Assembly: GCA_041389885.1 (NCBI GenBank)
Contig: JAWKRB010000006.1
Span: 3,101-67,100, forward strand
Source of the DNA: Polyangiales bacterium
GTDB taxonomy: Bacteria > Myxococcota_A > Polyangia > Polyangiales > Ga0077539
Reading direction: 5' to 3'
DNA: 64,000 nt
How positions within the stretch are numbered: the stretch's first letter is position 1; every line of letters starts with the position of its first letter. Below the pieces are notes generated by a model. The model was not told the origin of the DNA and did no database searches. It saw only the letters and a program-made list of their open reading frames with translations. Shown piece after piece: positions 62,927 through 64,000 of this stretch. Both the position numbers and the translations under genes were made by a program.

Positions 62927-63879
62927 GGACCCGCGACCGCGCTCGACAGCGCGACCCGGTCGATCCAGTCGAGGAGGTCGCGGGTCACCTCGTCGCGGTT
63001 GGTCTCGTTGAGCAGCTCGTGCCGGGCGCCCGGGTAGACCTTCCACGTGAAGCGTCGAAGCCCCGCGCGGTTGTACTCCGCCACCAGGCGCTCGAAGAAT
63101 TTCAGCCCGCCCACCACCGGGTCGGCCTCCCCGGCGATCAGGTAGATCGGGAGGTCCTTGGGCACGCGCGCCTGGTTCGCGGGGTCGGCGAGCTTCCAGA
63201 GCGCGTCGAGGAGGTCGATCCACCCCTGCGCGCTGAGCTTGAAGCCGCAGCGCGGGTCGGCGATGTACGCGTCGACCTCGGCCGGGTCGCGGGACAGCCA
63301 GTCGAAGGGCGTGCGCGCGGGCTTGAAGGCGCGGTTGAAGTTCCCGAAGCTCATGGCGTCGAGGAGCGTCGACGGCGTGCCCGCGCCGATGCGCAGTCGC
63401 TCCAGCCGCGCGACCACGCGACCGATGGGGGCGAGGGGGTTGCTCCGCCCCGAGATCGACGCGCTCAGGATCACCCCCGCGAAATCTCCGCCCCGCTCGA
63501 AGGCCACCTGCTGCGCGGTGAACGAGCCCATGCTGTGACCGAAGAACACCACCGGGAGCCCGGGGTGCTCCGAGGCCGCGCGCTCGGTGACGCGACCGAG
63601 GTCGTCGATCAGCTTTCTCCAGCCGTCGCGCGGAGCGAAGACGCCCACCTCGGCGTCGGTGCGCGCGGTCTTCCCGTGGCCCCGGTGGTCGTCGGCGTAC
63701 ACCACGAGTCCCCGGGCCGTCGCCGCCTCGGCGAAGCGCCGGTAGCGCGCGGCGTGCTCGGCGAGGCCGTGCGAGACCTGCAACACGCCCCGAGCCTCCA
63801 CGCCCTCGGGCGGCGACCATCGGTACACCTGGAGCTCGATGCCGTCGTCCGATGGGATGCTGAACCGCGTCTCCTGCAT
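62923..63879 (-). CDS. Alpha/beta hydrolase (lysophospholipase/monoacylglycerol-lipase-like)
   Basis: MQETRFSIPSDDG start; HG oxyanion motif; GHSMGS nucleophile elbow. Confidence 0.8.
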   Translation of the reverse strand: MQETRFSIPSDDGIELQVYRWSPPEGVEARGVLQVSHGLAEHAARYRRFAEAATARGLVVYADDHRGHGKTARTDAEVGVFAPRDGWRKLIDDLGRVTERAASEHPGLPVVFFGHSMGSFTAQQVAFERGGDFAGVILSASISGRSNPLAPIGRVVARLERLRIGAGTPSTLLDAMSFGNFNRAFKPARTPFDWLSRDPAEVDAYIADPRCGFKLSAQGWIDLLDALWKLADPANQARVPKDLPIYLIAGEADPVVGGLKFFERLVAEYNRAGLRRFTWKVYPGARHELLNETNRDEVTRDLLDWIDRVALSSAVAGP

Positions 63880-64000
63880 GGCCCGCGACGCTACCACCCG
63901 AAGGGCCCGCGGCGAACGCCACAAGGGCGCCTCTTGCGACGCGGCGCGCCTCGTGGTTCCTGCCGCTCAACGCCGTGATCGACATCGCCCGCATCCTCAC

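Overview
The window is GC-rich (about 70%+ GC, strong GC3 skew) and looks like chromosomal DNA of a myxobacterium (Myxococcota). The evidence is a MYXO-CTERM-like C-terminal tail (GCHATGG...LLALALLRRRR), Cys-rich repeat lipoproteins, many FG-GAP proteins, and Ser/Thr kinase fusions. The high GC produces long antisense and off-frame shadow ORFs almost everywhere; I chose real genes by protein-sequence plausibility and GC3 rather than by ORF length.

Recognisable core genes are yajC-secD-secF-recJ, prmA-rsmE, htpG, and an NAD+-dependent DNA ligase (LigA-type with two BRCT domains). Others are a PlsC-like acyltransferase, a CE4 polysaccharide deacetylase, an MBOAT/SGNH-like O-acylation pair, and a yyaL (thioredoxin/DUF255) gene overlapping copZ. 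Myxobacterium-typical accessory genes include a >1560-aa TPR protein running off the window start, a 1200-aa FG-GAP protein, an FG-GAP membrane pseudokinase, a SWIM-SNF2 helicase with a coupled small ORF, and a TonB_C-fused TonB-dependent-receptor-like protein with partner lipoproteins. There is also a Ser/Thr kinase-AAA-TPR (STAND-like) protein and an orphan PD-(D/E)xK (restriction-endonuclease-like) protein.

No rRNA, tRNA, CRISPR array or transposase/integrase gene was detected. No compact, obviously novel defence system stands out. The most unusual items are the orphan nuclease gene, the ADP-ribosylglycohydrolase-LigA-pseudokinase-SNF2 co-directional array, the TonB_C-TBDR fusion cluster, and three independent 1-nt frame disruptions (two of them at poly-C tracts) that each need a +1-nt correction.
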